DNA of 57,100 nt, filler included, from Jimgerdemannia flammicorona (Eukaryota), in NCBI GenBank assembly GCA_003990765.1. It is 4 parts of 4 records of this genome, joined end to end, with 100 filler letters (N's around TTAATTAATTAA, not from the genome) between each part and the next. Parts side by side here need not be neighbours in the genome. Positions count along the whole stretch, not along the records: positions 18,288 to 36,474 come from RBNJ01002273.1; positions 36,575 to 54,760 come from RBNJ01002274.1; 2 more parts are not named here. One strand, 5' to 3'. Both the position numbers and the translations under genes were made by a program. The notes under the pieces are model-generated. The model was given only the letters and a program-made list of their open reading frames with translations. It searched no databases and had not been told where the DNA came from. Positions 35,435 to 48,899 of the stretch are shown here, in pieces; within the stretch, counting starts at the first letter, position 1, and every line of letters begins with the position of its first letter.

Positions 35435-36474
35435 CAGGAGAGGGCTTGGCCTTGTGGATTTCCCTAAGAGGTTGCACTGCTTGCGAGTCTGGTGGTTGAA
35501 GAGAGTGGCAGAACTGCAGGGAGGGAGATGGGTACCTCTGATGCAGAAGGTGTGAGAGATGAGAACCTCCCCCCGAGGGTTCTCGGGAGATCTACTCTCT
35601 TTGGTAGGGCTCAATGGAATTCGGCAGCTATGATTTAAGGGCTTTTGGTGAGGAGTAGTTGATGGAGCACACAGAATTGGTCTGTGCTTGCAAGGCAATG
35701 AGGGGGAGGTATTGTGGGGTCCTTGTATGTGGCAATGGGATAGACTGCTACTGAGGGGTGCTCTACTTGCTACTTTTGATATTGAACAGAGTGGAGTGTC
35801 AGCAGGGTCTTAGCCAGGACCTTTGGCCAAGCAGTTGGCAGGCAGTTGGGATTGGTGAGGAGTGGGACTGGGCTGGTATCTGGTCTTAGAGTGCAGAGGT
35901 GTAGCATTGGCTTCCCCCCAAGTTCTGGGTGGTGTGGTAGAGAATGCTGTGGAGGAATGTCATGCTGAACTTCTGCACTGGGCATCTGGTAGATGGTGGC
36001 TGTTTCGATTGTAAGGAGTGTTATAATGTAGGGCAAGTTGGGGGCTTAGTGCAGATGCTGGAACATTGGCTGGGGGAGTGTGAGGTTTTGGGGGACTTTT
36101 GGGTTGAAATAGGGAATAGACTGAGTGTAGAGTGCAGGTGAGCAGGTGAAGGAGATTGCTGGAAGAACTTGAGGTCTTGGCTGGTGGGGGGGGTGGGTGA
36201 TAGTTGGCTCACTATCAGGTGGGTGTTAGCAGTTTGGGTGGGATTGGCAGGACATTGGCTATTTGTATTTGAGGAGGGGTGGCAGATGAGTCTGGCCAAG
36301 AAGGTGCTAAGGTGAGAGGAGCTGTTGGGGGATGTGATGTCTGGATGGTGGATAGGTTGGGGTTCTTCAGGGGGGCAGTGGCGAGGTTTGGTGGTGAGGA
36401 TATGTGAACAGAGTGGTGGGAGGGTGGGGATTGCTTCTGACAAAGTGGTTTTTCATAGAGAAGGGATTGGGGGG
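35435..36474 (+). mobile_element. LINE ORF2 3' fragment, same family as 30474-31723, cut by the contig end
   Basis: Colinear with 30570-31600, for example CTTGGCCTTGTGGATT and CTTCCCCCAAGTTCTGGGTGGTGTGGT. Confidence 0.9.
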
Positions 36475-36574
36475 NNNNNNNNNNNNNNNNNNNNNNNNNN
36501 NNNNNNNNNNNNNNNNNNTTAATTAATTAANNNNNNNNNNNNNNNNNNNNNNNNNNNNNNNNNNNNNNNNNNNN
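36475..36574. other. Artificial contig linker
   Basis: N44-TTAATTAATTAA-N44. Confidence 0.98.
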
Positions 36575-39500
36575 CTTCATCCTTATGGAAGCTCTGGACC
36601 CTCTAGGAAAGACTGGATTCAATTACACAAGAAACTCAAAGACAGGAGCTCACTGGCCTTTCTTCAAACTGGAGTGCATGGACTTCTCACCTACAATGGC
36701 AACAGCTGAAGTGCCATTTCTCAAAGCTCAACCAATTATCCAGGTCAAGCTGCTTTTACTCTGAGCACAGCCACCTCTTGCACAAACAGAAGGATCAGTT
36801 GGTTATGACCTCTGCCTCCCCTACCAAGCAAGAATCTGACCCAGAAGTACCAGGACTTTTGACCTACAGATTGCACTCACTATACCACCTGGGCATTATG
36901 GACAATTGGTCTCAAGATCTTCATGGGCAACCAAAGGAGTCACAGTAGAAGGAGGAGTCATCGATCAGGACTACCGAGGTCCCTTGAAGGCCATTATCCA
37001 CAATTCTAGTAGAACCAGCCAATTCTTCAGTTCTATGGAAGCCATCTGCCAAATCCTGTTTATCAAGACATCACAGCTGACCATCCAAGAGATAGACTAA
37101 CTAGAAGATACCAACAGAGGACAAGGAGGCTTTGGAAGCACCAATAGAAATCTACAGACACCACCTATCAAGGTTCATTTAGCAATAGTTGCTCAATTCT
37201 GACAAATGAGACCCCATATCTACTGCCCAATCCGAGTACAAGATATCCTCCTGCAGCCCTATCAGCAAAAAGGCCTAGATGTGTACCTACTAGTAGAAGC
37301 AAACAACTTAATATTTGCACCATTACTGAAGCTTCAAAAGGAGTACCACATTCTCCTGGCTGAAGAACGAATTCATGACCAAATGTCACCAATCCATATC
37401 CCTATTAGAAACTTGGGCTTCAAAGTGATAACTATCCCCAAGGGAACAACACTGGGATATTTCGAACCACTGATAGACATCTACGAGGAAGAAGTCTTCA
37501 AATTCTTGGGAAATGGCAAGCCCTCTCCAGTGAGACTAACAGTACCAGGGAGGAAGACTTAGAAAATTCAGCAATCAAAGCCATCGACATCGAGACAACT
37601 CTAACCAAAGACCAGCAACAACAGATACAGGAGTTGATAGAGGAGTACAAAGATATATTTACCACCACATATGATAACTTCCCACCATATCAATATAGAG
37701 AACACCCTATATATACTGGAGATACAAGACCAATCCGACAATGACCCTACTGAACACCATATCATCTGATTGAATTCGAACAACAACACATAGATGAAAT
37801 ACTATGAAATGGAGTCATCAGACCATCATCAAGCCCCTGGGCTTCACCAGCAATCATAGTACCAAAGAAAGGAGGATGGAGATTAGTCATAGATTTCAGA
37901 AAACTCAACAAAGTCACCACAGAAGATGCTTACCCACTGCCAAGAATTGATGACCTCATCAATGCTCTCAGAAAAGCCAAGTACATGACCACTACCAACC
38001 AGTTCCAAGGATTCCAAGTAATATTCATTGCCAAAGAAGATATCTGCAAGACGGCCTTCATCACCAGATTAGGACAGTACGAATACCTACAAATGCCCTT
38101 TGGACTCTGCAATGCATCTGCCTCATTCCAACAAATGATGAACTATGTCTACTGGGACCTCATTGGAAGAAATGTACTAGTGTACATAGATGATGTAATT
38201 ATCTACTCTGAGACATTCAAGCAGTATTTGCAAGACCTTCACAAAGTATTCAATACCATTCGAAATTCAGGACTCAGACTCAATGCCAAGAAGTGCTTCT
38301 TCGAAAAACATCAAGTCAAATATCTGGGATATGTTGTCTCAGCTCAAGGAACATATGCTAACTCCCATAAGGTGGAGAAAGTCAAGAACTACCCAACCCC
38401 GACCTCAGCAAAGGAGACCCTATCTTTTCTTATGCTGGCATCCTACTATCGACGATTCATCCCAAGGTTTTCAGATAAAGCAGTACCTCTCTGAGATATC
38501 TCCAAGAAGGACCAACCATTCTACTAGAAAGAAGAACAACAAAAGTCATTTGACCTACTAAAGAAGGCCCTTATCAAAGCCCCTGTCCTGGTGCAACCAG
38601 ACTTTGGCAAACCATTCATCCTGGCAACTAATGCCTCAGCCTTAGAACTTGGATCAATTCTGTCTCAGCAAGATGACCAGAAGAGGGAGCATGTTATCGA
38701 ATATGCTAGCAAGGCTACAAATGAAACACAAGTGAACTATGGAGCCACTAAGTTGGAATGCCTAGCAGTAGTTTGGGCTGTGGACCACTTCTGACACTAT
38801 CTCTTAGGAAAGAGATTCACCCTCATCACTGACCATCAAGCTCTATAATAGTTGTTCAACAAGCTGGAGCCCTCAGGAATCTTTGCTAGATGGATTATGT
38901 CTCTGCAAGAATATCAGTTCACTATTGTCTACAAGAAAGGTGCTAAGAATTCCAACGTTGATACCCTGTCAAGAATCCCGCGAAACCAACAAGAAGGGAA
39001 GGAGCCCCCACAAGAGAAGGCTGCTTTCCGCTCACCCAAATGAACCAAGAATTGCACCTCGCCCTCACCTGGAGTCTGCACCATAGAAGCTTCAAGAAAG
39101 GAATCCAACCAGCCCACAAGTTGTTTATCCAAAGGAATTTCAAGAAATTCCAAGAAGGTGATGGCAAACTTTAGAGAGTAGAAGGAAAGCAGTACACCCG
39201 AGTTCTAAGAGAAGAAGAAATATTGAAGATCCTGACAACAAATCATGACCAAAATGCACACTGAGGAATTGGTGCCATAATCGCAAGAATCAAGAAGTGA
39301 TACTAGTGGCCCAAGATGAGAAAACAAATTTTAATGCACATTCAACAATGTGATACCTGCCAAAGATACTGACAAAAGCCTACTGATAGAGCACTATTAA
39401 TACTGATCGCAGTACCAGCTGGAGCCTTTCAAAGACTAGGAATAGACATTATTGGACCCCTATCAGTAATCAGCCGAGGAAGATACTATATCCTCACTAT

Positions 39501-41110
39501 CGAAGACCACCTGACAAAATGGCCTGAAGCCTTTGCCATTGAGACCACCAATGCCCAGACAATTATTGGGATCCTGTATGATAAAATTTTCAGCCGCCAT
39601 GGTGTGTCCAAGGAAATCATTACAGACCAAGGCTGAGAATTCGTCAACCAAGCCATGAAGACCTTTGTGAGCAACTTCAAGATCAAGCTATAACCAATAA
39701 CATCCTACCACCCACAGGCAAATGGACTCACTGAACGAATGAACCAGACCATCAAGTGAGGTCTCAGTAGAACCAGAGATCAACTAAACTGGGATATCTA
39801 TCTATTGGCAATTCTGTTCAGCATCTGTACCTCTAAGGCAACCGCTATCTAACAGACCCCCTTCTATTTGGTGTATAGCCAAGAAGCACATGATCCTACT
39901 GAACCAGTTCAGCTAGATCTGTTGAAATGAGTCACAGAAGAGATCACTCAGTTACATGGCATATGCCAGCAAGCATGAGGATTTATCGCCAAGATATAAG
40001 AACAACAAAAGAGGTACTATGACTGCAAAGCTGACCTCGAACCCCTGCTCATTGGACAAAAGGTTCTGGTGTACCATACCATCATAGAAGGAAACTGGAG
40101 TGCCAAGCTTGAACCAAAATGGGAAGGCCCCTATCTTATACACCAAGTATTCTTGAACCACACTTATCAACTCAAGACCTTGGATGGAGTTATACTCAAG
40201 ACCAAGATATACCGCAACTGTATAAGACTCTACTACTCAAGAGAAGCAAAATACATTTGAACAATCCTGTTCACTCTGTTTGTGTTGTCTCTGTTGGAGA
40301 TATGACGGACGTTTCACTCGAAACTCAAGAAAGCCAACAATGTTGGAACCAGACTCAAGCCCATCCATGTGACAGACATTGTTACTAAGAAATTGCCTTG
40401 GATTACAAGAAATACTATTTCCAATGGGTTCAAAACCCCAGCTGCAACTATGGGAGCCCTCGCCCTAGACAAGGATGGCCAGTCCTCACAAATGCGCTGA
40501 CATTCTGCTTGTCCCTGGAGTTAAGACCACCCAACTCTGTGTAACCTTCACCACCGAGGATGGCTCTAATTTTACAAGGGGCAGATGTGATGTCTACAAT
40601 CGACCCTGTCCAAATTCAGAGTACCCTGTAACCACAAGATCAGATGACATTATGGCATGATAACTGGTGATCAGCCCAATCCATCAAGTAATTTCACCAA
40701 AAGAAAACAAGATGATCCGAGCCAAAATGAAGACCACATTATTTAAGGAACCATACTTCACCTCAGGGATCAGCACCAAAGAACCAAGTACTCACCATAC
40801 AATGCCTCCCATTCGCTGATTCAACCAGACCTCCCACCACTCTACCCCTTTGCCTGGCCCAAAGACCCTGATCTTTGAAGCTATCAAGAAGGCCATCTGG
40901 CACCCAGATACTTTCGAACACTTGAACTTCTATACCGAGGACCTTGGACACTTCATCAACTACTAGTATATAATGACCCAACAGCTCAAAGACACTACTG
41001 AATGAATGACCCTCTGGCATGACTATGAAATCGGACACGGCCTTCGCAATGAGACTCAAGAAGATGACCGGGAAGACCTCATTACCGAATTGATAACCAC
41101 TAGCCAGCTG
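36575..41110 (+). mobile_element. Ty3/Gypsy element B, partial: dUTPase-spacer-RT-RNaseH-IN plus extra 3' coding-like DNA; no LTR seen
   Basis: SSPWASP, VIDFRKLN, YPLPRIDD, MPFGLCNA, YIDD, ASYYRRFI, ECLAVVWAV, ITDHQAL, GIDIIGP, YHPQANGLTER and LEPKWEGPY. Confidence 0.93.
36735..37145 (+). pseudogene. dut: dUTPase domain of element B
   Basis: GSVGYDL, GQLVSRSS, GGVIDQDYRG, ICQ and NRGQGGFGST. Confidence 0.93.
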
Positions 41111-41114
41111 ATCA

Positions 41115-43050
41115 AGAGAGCTCTCCACATTCATTAGATATTCCACCTCATCCCCTGGGCCATAGCACACTTGCAAGGAGTAACAGCTGGCAGTCTTGCC
41201 CATCTCTCAAATGAAGATGCAGACTGGATAGAATCAGAAGTAGCCAACTCTACTGGTAGCAACTGGGTCACCTCCTCCAGTAAAATCATCAGAATCTCCA
41301 CCTTCAGTGCCTCTACCATTCCATTACCATGCAGAATCCTCGCCCAATGCTCCTCAGGCATCACCCACAGGTCAACCTCCCCTAAAGCCTCTGCTGCGAG
41401 ATTGTCCATCACCTTGTACATCCACAATAAGTTCCCCACCTCCTTCCCTCCCGGGGTCTCCGGTCACCCTGCATCCAATATCATGGTGTCAGCCCCTACA
41501 CTAGCAGCCTCATCCCACTCCTCCTCAGGGACATCCACCAGCTCATCCTTGCCAACCACCACCACCTGACCCCCTTGTGCCATATCAGGGACCCCAAAGT
41601 GCACCTGCTGGGTCCTCTGCATCCGTGTATCCACTGTCATCCCTCTCTTCCCCACTGGGCCCCTCCTGATAAGTGGGGGGGGGGGTGGCATCCAGCTCCA
41701 GCTCCCACACTTTGAAGGTACCATCAACAAATGGGTCCTTGACCAGTCTCTTCTCAGCCCCTGTCTCCTTCACCTCCACCTCCTCTCCTCCTTTATCAGC
41801 CCAGACACTGGCCTCAATACCTCCAGACTCCTCAACTCCACCCAACGTCTTCTTCCCCCCACCTATCATACTAGCCAATAGCTCCATCTGCCTCTTGCAT
41901 CTCTGGGCCCGCTTCCACTGCTTCTTATCCATATAGATATGCCTACCACCCACAACCTCCAGATGCATTGACTCCTCAAACAGTTTCCAGGCCTTTGCCC
42001 TCCTCTCCACAGCACCACCCAACTTCTCCAGTACCTCCAACAAGTCCTCCTCCTCCTCTTCACTCCCTTTCACCCTTGATACCTTGCAGACGACAGCCCC
42101 CCACATCAGCACCGAAGGCCAGTCACTTGTCTTCCCTGTGGCCTCCTTGCCTGCCAGCCGAATCCTGTCATCAACATCACCTGTCCTGATCATGGTCCCC
42201 TCCCACACATGAAAGCCTATGTCTACCACATCACTGTACTCTACCATCACCTCCTCTACCCTCTTCCTAGTCTCCTCCTTAGTCACTGTGGGTACTCCCC
42301 TCACTAGGAGCTACACCACCCTGGGGTCTCACCTCAAGCACTGCACCATGGGTACCACTATCTCTCCAACCACAACTCCAGTCTTCAGGGCCTCATCCAG
42401 TGGGCCCGCTTCCTCAAAACCCACCTCAACCCCCTCCAAGCCCTTCAAGAACTTCACTGAGGCTGCCCCCTCCACCTGCTTCGAAATTAGCCCCAGAACC
42501 ATCTTCACCATCACTGCCAAGCCCCAGAAGCACAAGGTGACTGTGAACTCTGAAATCGACTTCTTGAGTAACAGGGCCACTGCCAGCCCCATTACACCAT
42601 CTGCCAGGTCCCTCTTCCACATCGGGAACCCCTGCTCCCCCTGGCCATCAGCTGTCACATCTCTTTTTTTCTCCTGATTTGCTATCATGCTACCATCAGC
42701 AGTCCCGCCACTACCCCCAGTGGCAGCTCCACTTCCACCACCTCTCCTTGGTGAAGGCCCAGCTCTCATGTCAGCCTCATCCTTCTGCTTCCCCTTCCCT
42801 CCTGCCTGACCACTACAGGATCCTGCTGGCCAACCCCCAGCCCTCAGCATGTCCGCAAAGCTCCTTCCCTGCTATCTTCCAGCCCCTCCACCAGTGCTAC
42901 TTCTACTCCCCAAGCTGTCCTGCCCACCTGAGCCACCAAAAGACCCTATCCCCAGTCCATACCCTCTCCCGACATGCTGCCAGTTGAAGGCCCCAGGTCC
43001 GCCTAACCTAGTACATGCATCGGCTTGCTTGCTGATTGATATTTCCTTAA
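41115..43050 (-). mobile_element. Probable LINE 5' part (ORF1-like), GC-rich
   Basis: In-frame ORFs 42329-42850 and 41585-42304 (V.MRGVP...YSDVVDI...IRTGDV..WPSVL) resemble the L1/Tx1 ORF1 RRM region. The G-rich coding strand matches the LINE copies in this window. Confidence 0.6.
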
Positions 43051-43724
43051 TAACTTTCTCCAATAAATGACTTGAAAGTGTGTTGTAAAGTGTGTGTAAC
43101 ATGAATTATAGTGGAGAAAGGATGCCACTAGTACTCCAGTTAAGTGAGTGTTCTCTGGAAAAATAGATCTTATTTCCTCTAAGAGATATGTACTAAATAC
43201 TAAGGTAATCTGGGCCTATATATGTCTAAAGTCTTAGTGGAGCATGGACTGTTAAAATTGGATGAGTCTTGTAGCTTTAAGCAAAAAAGAGTCAGAAATA
43301 AATTATTTTTTATAAATTATTTAAAGAAAAAAAAAAAAAGAGAGAGAGTTCAGCTTAAGAGTATGTCAGTATTTATAGCTCCTTGCTATTCCAAGTAAGA
43401 GTAGAGCAGGATTGATAGGGGATCAGCAGAGTTAGTAGAGGGAGTACACAAAATTTATAGCCCTCTATCAGTAGTAAGAGGTAACCTCAAGCTATAAGTT
43501 GATATAGAAAGTCTGGGTCAGAGAGAGTATATAGAATTTGCAGCCCACTGACCCACTTTAAGAAGTAACTTCAAGCAGTCAGACTCTGGTATAGATTAGA
43601 CTTCAGTATAGATTCAGATCCTGTGAGTACTCTGGCCCTATATCAGCAGTACTACAAAATAGAGTCAAAGAGACAGTAGAGTCCAGCAAAAAGCTAAAAG
43701 CTAAAAACTAGTACTATAAACAAA

Positions 43725-43875
43725 AAAAGGCACCTGACTACCTAACTCTCACAAAAGACTATCTAACTTATATAAAAGGCCACCTAATCTATACAAAAGG
43801 CTGCTTATTTACAAAAGACCACTTATTCATAAAAAGACTACCTATTTATAAAAAGACTGCCTATTTACAAAACGG
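43725..43875. repeat. ~19-22-bp degenerate tandem repeat, about 7 units
   Basis: AAAAG(A/G)C(T/C)(A/G)CCTATTTA(C/T)-like units. Confidence 0.75.
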
Positions 43876-45399
43876 CTCCACCTGTTAGTCCCAGGCCTTG
43901 ATAAGCCTATTATCTATTATAAGTATAATAACTATAGTACATATCTGAGCTCTCCTTGAAAGCAATGGTACTATAGAGGTTATATGGTTAGAATAGGATG
44001 ACTATATTGGCTACAAATGAGACCTCAAAACCATAGGTAAGGTTATATCAGATACTGCTACTATTCTTTCAAGTTGGGCTCTTCCTTTCTAGAATGTAAA
44101 ACATTATCAGAATGATATTGTTATCTGTATATATAGATAGAGAAATATTGTATCTGATATACTCCAATATGATGTGAGCATATAGTTGAGTGAATCCTTG
44201 GTCCAGGACCTCATATTGCCAGATAGTATCAGAGAATGTCTGTTCTTTATTCAGCCCTGAGAGCCCCAGCTTAGAAATCTGCTAAAATAGACAGCATTTA
44301 GTTAAATCCTTTTTTTTTCACATATAGAGATAGAAACCCTTGGGCTATATTCAAAAAAAAAGTCAAGCTCCTTATCTCATATAGTATACTAAATTACACT
44401 AAGAATATATATATACTAAGAGCACTACTAAGCTGGTCAGCTGTTTAGTCTAGCAATCTGCTCAAAGAACCCCAGATCATAGTCACTATCACTGTACAGA
44501 CCATGTTATACTTATGTATAGCTTGTTATTTGACAGTACTTCTAAAGTTTTAATAAAAGTGCAGAATCCTGTATATTTCTGAAAATTTAACAAGAATAGG
44601 TTAGTAAAGAAAATCTTGAAAAAAAGAAAGACAAATATAGAAAAAAACTCTAGGAAACCCACTCTTTACCAATATTGTAGTATACTCAATTTCATTCAAA
44701 CTCCCCCTCCTTGCTTTTTATATTCTCTCTTTTTCACTACTCAGTATTTGACATAATTCTTATAAATCTTATTAATATAGTAATAAAGCTTATCACTGTA
44801 GAGATTTCTTACCACTACTGTAACAATCTCTCTATATTCATTAATAATAATATGATTCTCTTTATTATTAAATACTCCAGCAGGCCAATGGGCTTCTTGA
44901 TTGAGAATTATTGGCTCTAATTTGAATGTAGACCCCCAAGCCTTAATAATAATGCTAGTATTGCTCAGACTGAATAACTTGCCCTTGAACTTCTCTATTT
45001 GATCAGATATCAGATATAGTTGAACTTAGATAACTTTGAATTCTTCTCAGCAGTAGAACTGAGCCTTGATCTGAGTAGTAGGCTGAGTTAAGTATGTAGA
45101 TAGATTATATGTGAGTATTATATAGGAGTTTTTAGAAGAGAATATATAAAAATGAAGTTAAATAAAATATAAGAGTGAGTATTTAGAAAAAAGAGTATAA
45201 GAATGAGTTGCTTGCAGATAAGCTATATGTAGATGAGTTATGTAAAATTGCTCATGAAGACTTGCTTCTGATCCTTTTGAGATCTCTACTATATAATATA
45301 TTGACTCAATAGCTCAGCCATTAAAGGTATATCTTGTAACATTCTCTAGTCTTTCTTTATCTTGATCAGATATTACAAATAAAGTCAGCAGATCTCACT

Positions 45400-48300
45400 A
45401 TACTGCTCTGTTGTATAGAGTGAGCATATAGAGTAAGTAAAGGGCCTTCAGAAGAGAGGGGCCCTGGCAGAGGCTAGAGTGGATATACTTGGTGGAGACT
45501 TTAATATGATCAGAGATGTACTTTGGATAGAACTGATAGAGAGCAGGGGGTAAAGGGTAGGAGTGGAGGTTTGGAGACATAGGAGGAAGTAGAGTGGCTG
45601 AGTACTTTATTAGATACTGGCAGGGGGTTTTAGAGAGAGAGAAGGATATATAGACATTGGGCAAGTGGTCTGAGGATGAGAATTGACTGAATTTTGACAG
45701 CAGACTGCTGGGTCCTGAATGTTTAAAGGTCACTAGAGACTGAATGGTGTCTGTGGTCTGATTATTGAGAATTGCTAGAATAGGGCCATTTTGGGAAGAG
45801 TGGAGATGGACTAGGATATTGGTACCTTAATTACTCCTTATTAGACAATAAGGTGTTATGGAATAAGTGGGCTGAGGATATTTAGCAGAGGGTGAAGGAG
45901 TGGATACAGGAAGGTGTCCCAGTTGGAGTTAGGTGGATGAGACTGAAAGAGACTACTAGGGTCTATTAGAGAGAGACCAGTAGAGTGGCTGATAGACAGA
46001 GAAGAAAGAGGAGGTTGTGGGCCTCTGCTAGACTGATGAGACTATTGGAAGATTGGGCAGGACTGTTGACCCTGGAGAGGGTGGAGGATTGGAGATTATT
46101 ATAGATAAAAAAAGAAATTATTGAGTTACAACAGATATTGCAAGAGGAGAAGGAAGTACAGGTGTAGAGTATAGTAGCATATCTATATTAGCAGGGGCTG
46201 AAGGAAGGAGAGAGGCCCTCTAAGTTTCTCATGAGGACTCTTTGGGTGAGAAGGGTTCAGCAGAGGTGAGAGAGGATTCTCAATTCTGAGGGGCTATTGG
46301 TGCATAGTATATATACAAGACATTCTCAGATCATTAAAGAAGAGGTAGAGTGGTTTGTGAAGTGAGAAGGAGAGTGGGACTGATGCTGTCACTATTGATC
46401 ATACCTTGGAGGATTAGTATGTACCTACTATAGGCAGAAGGGCTGGGTGACCTAGTATTATCAGTGCAGGAGGAGAAGATTCACCAGATTCTTACTATAA
46501 CTATACTGGGTACAGCACTAGGGGAGAATAGTCTGCCCTGGGATTTCTGAAAAAAGATGATGGGTATTCCCAGTATACTGAGAGAGCTGAGGACACTTTG
46601 TAACTTAGTACTATAGTCCAGAAGATAGATAGGTGAGCAGGATCTGGAGCTGGTGGCACTGCTATATAAAGATAAGAGCAGAAGGGAGGACTGGAAGAAC
46701 TGAAGACCAATCATGCTACTGGACATAGACAGGAAGTTGATTACTAAGGTGGTAGTAGTGAGGCTACAGAAGGTGGCCCAACAGGTCTTGGGGGAGGAGC
46801 AGCAGAGTTTTGTCAGAGGCTGGCTCATTCAGGATAACATAGCTTGAGTATATGACATTATTGAAAGAGCATGAGCCTGTGGACTAGATGGGTGCCTGGT
46901 CTTCTTGAATCAGGAAAAGGTGTACAACTATATTCAGAGAATCTGATTGACAAAGATACTAGATTGGATTGGCATCCCTCAATAGTTCCAAGTAGTAATA
47001 GTCAGCTTACTGGAAAAGAGCAGGGCTGTGCTCATGTGTAATAGGCATTGAGGAGTAGCTTTCTCTCTGAGTAGGAGTGTTCCCCAGAGGGACCCACTGT
47101 CCTCCATTGTATATATACTCTCCTTGAAGCCTTTAATGGATAGGATTCAGCAAAAAATAGGAGGGCTTTCAGTATTTAGTATTGAGTGGAAAGTTGGTGC
47201 CTTTGCAGATGATATGATGGTTAGCCTGGGCTTGATTACTGATGTTGAGGAACTCAAGGAGACTATGGAGTAGTATGAGGTGCACTCTGGAACTAAACTT
47301 AATTGGCACAAGTATAAAACAATAGTACTGAGTAATGGTCTAGTGGGGGGGGGATGTCATTGGAACAATTGTCTCTGCTAGGGAGGTAGTGAGGTACTTG
47401 GATATCTATTTCTCAGTATATGGATCAGTTCTACTGAAACTCTGATGGAAGTAGCAGGTTGTTATCTGGGGGGAGGCTCTGCAGAGTTGAGGAGGCTGTC
47501 ACTTGTCTCTAGTGAAGTATATTTCCATCTTGAATATTTACTGGCTGCTGAAGTTATAGTATTTGGCTTATTATCTGGACTTTCTGATCTGGGTGGTAAA
47601 GAGACTGCTGAAACTGACCAAGGGGTAGATCTGGGCCAGAAGGAGGAGTCAGATTAGCTGGAAAATCTTGTCTTTGCCAGTAACTAGAGAGAGACTTGGA
47701 CTGGTGGGTTTTCTGAAGAGGTTGTACTGTCTGAGAGCATAGTGACTAAAGAGAGCTATAGAGCTGAGGGGCAGCAGCTGGATTTCCCTAATGAAGAAGG
47801 TCTGGGAGATGAGGTCCTCACCAAGGGGCTCTACAAGAGATCTTCTATCCTTAGTTGAACTTCAGAACAATGGTTATATGTGGTTTAAGGGCTTCTAGTA
47901 GAGAGTTGCAGATGGGGTACACTGTATAGGCATTTGTTGGCAGAGAGATAAAGGAGAAATACCTTGGGGCCCAGTAATGTAAAAATGAGACCAAGTGTTG
48001 CTGGGGGGAGTCTCTCTCAGTAACTTTGATATTGGTGATGGAATTGGGTGCCAGAGGGGGTTGGGGCAAGATCTGTGGTCTAGCAGATGATAGTTGGTGG
48101 GTATTAGAGAAGAGTGGGACTGGAATAGAGTTGGGTATAGAGTGCTGAGGTTAGACAGTAGCTGCCACTGAAGTATTGGGTGGTCTGGTGATGTATATTA
48201 AGGAGGAATATTATACTCAACTTTTGCACTAGCCACCTAGTGGAAGGGGGAAACTTTGACTATAAGGAGTATTATAATGTTGGACAGGAAGGGGGTTTTG

Positions 48301-48834
48301 TGCAGATTTCTGAACATTGATTAGAAGAGTACAAGGTACTTAGTGACTTCTGGATAGTAGTTGAGAAGCAATTGAATGTTGTATGGAGGGGGGATGGTGT
48401 GAGGGATCAGTGGGAGGATTTGTAGGATAGATTGGTAAGAGGGATTGAGAAAGAGTGGCTTACTTTAGAGTGAGTACTGACTGTATAAGTGGGGTTGGCA
48501 GATCACTGATTGTTTGTTTTTGAGGAAGAGAGATATCTGGACCTAGAGGTACAACTGCTGTAAAAGAAGGATTAATAGAGAACACTCTGATGAACTGGTG
48601 GCTTGGTGTGGGACTGCAGGGTGGTCAGTAGTATTATTTGGTAGAGAGAATCTATAGACAGAGTGGGAGGAGGGTTGGGGTCATAGGAGATAGGTTGATT
48701 TTTAAGTATAAAGGAGTAGAGAGAGGGAGTTCCTCTATGGGGATTAGATAATTGAAGGTGATAATGTAATTTTATATATAGACTAGTAATAAATGGCAAA
48801 GTCTGAGTAACTATATATATATAAAAAAAAAAAA
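45400..48834 (+). mobile_element. Long degenerate L1/Tx1-like LINE (APE-RT-Zn region), 5'-truncated, with poly(A)
   Basis: GGDFN (APE), N*RPIMLL, QSFVRG.LIQDNI, LNQEK, VPQRDPLS, AFADD and RYLG. The 3' end AATAAATGGCAAAGTCTGAGTAACTAT(A)n matches the other copies. Confidence 0.9.
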
Positions 48835-48899
48835 GAGAATAGACTGGCTTTCAGTTTTACTATTTTTCTAGAGAGTTGGTATTCCTTTTGTCTTAACTT

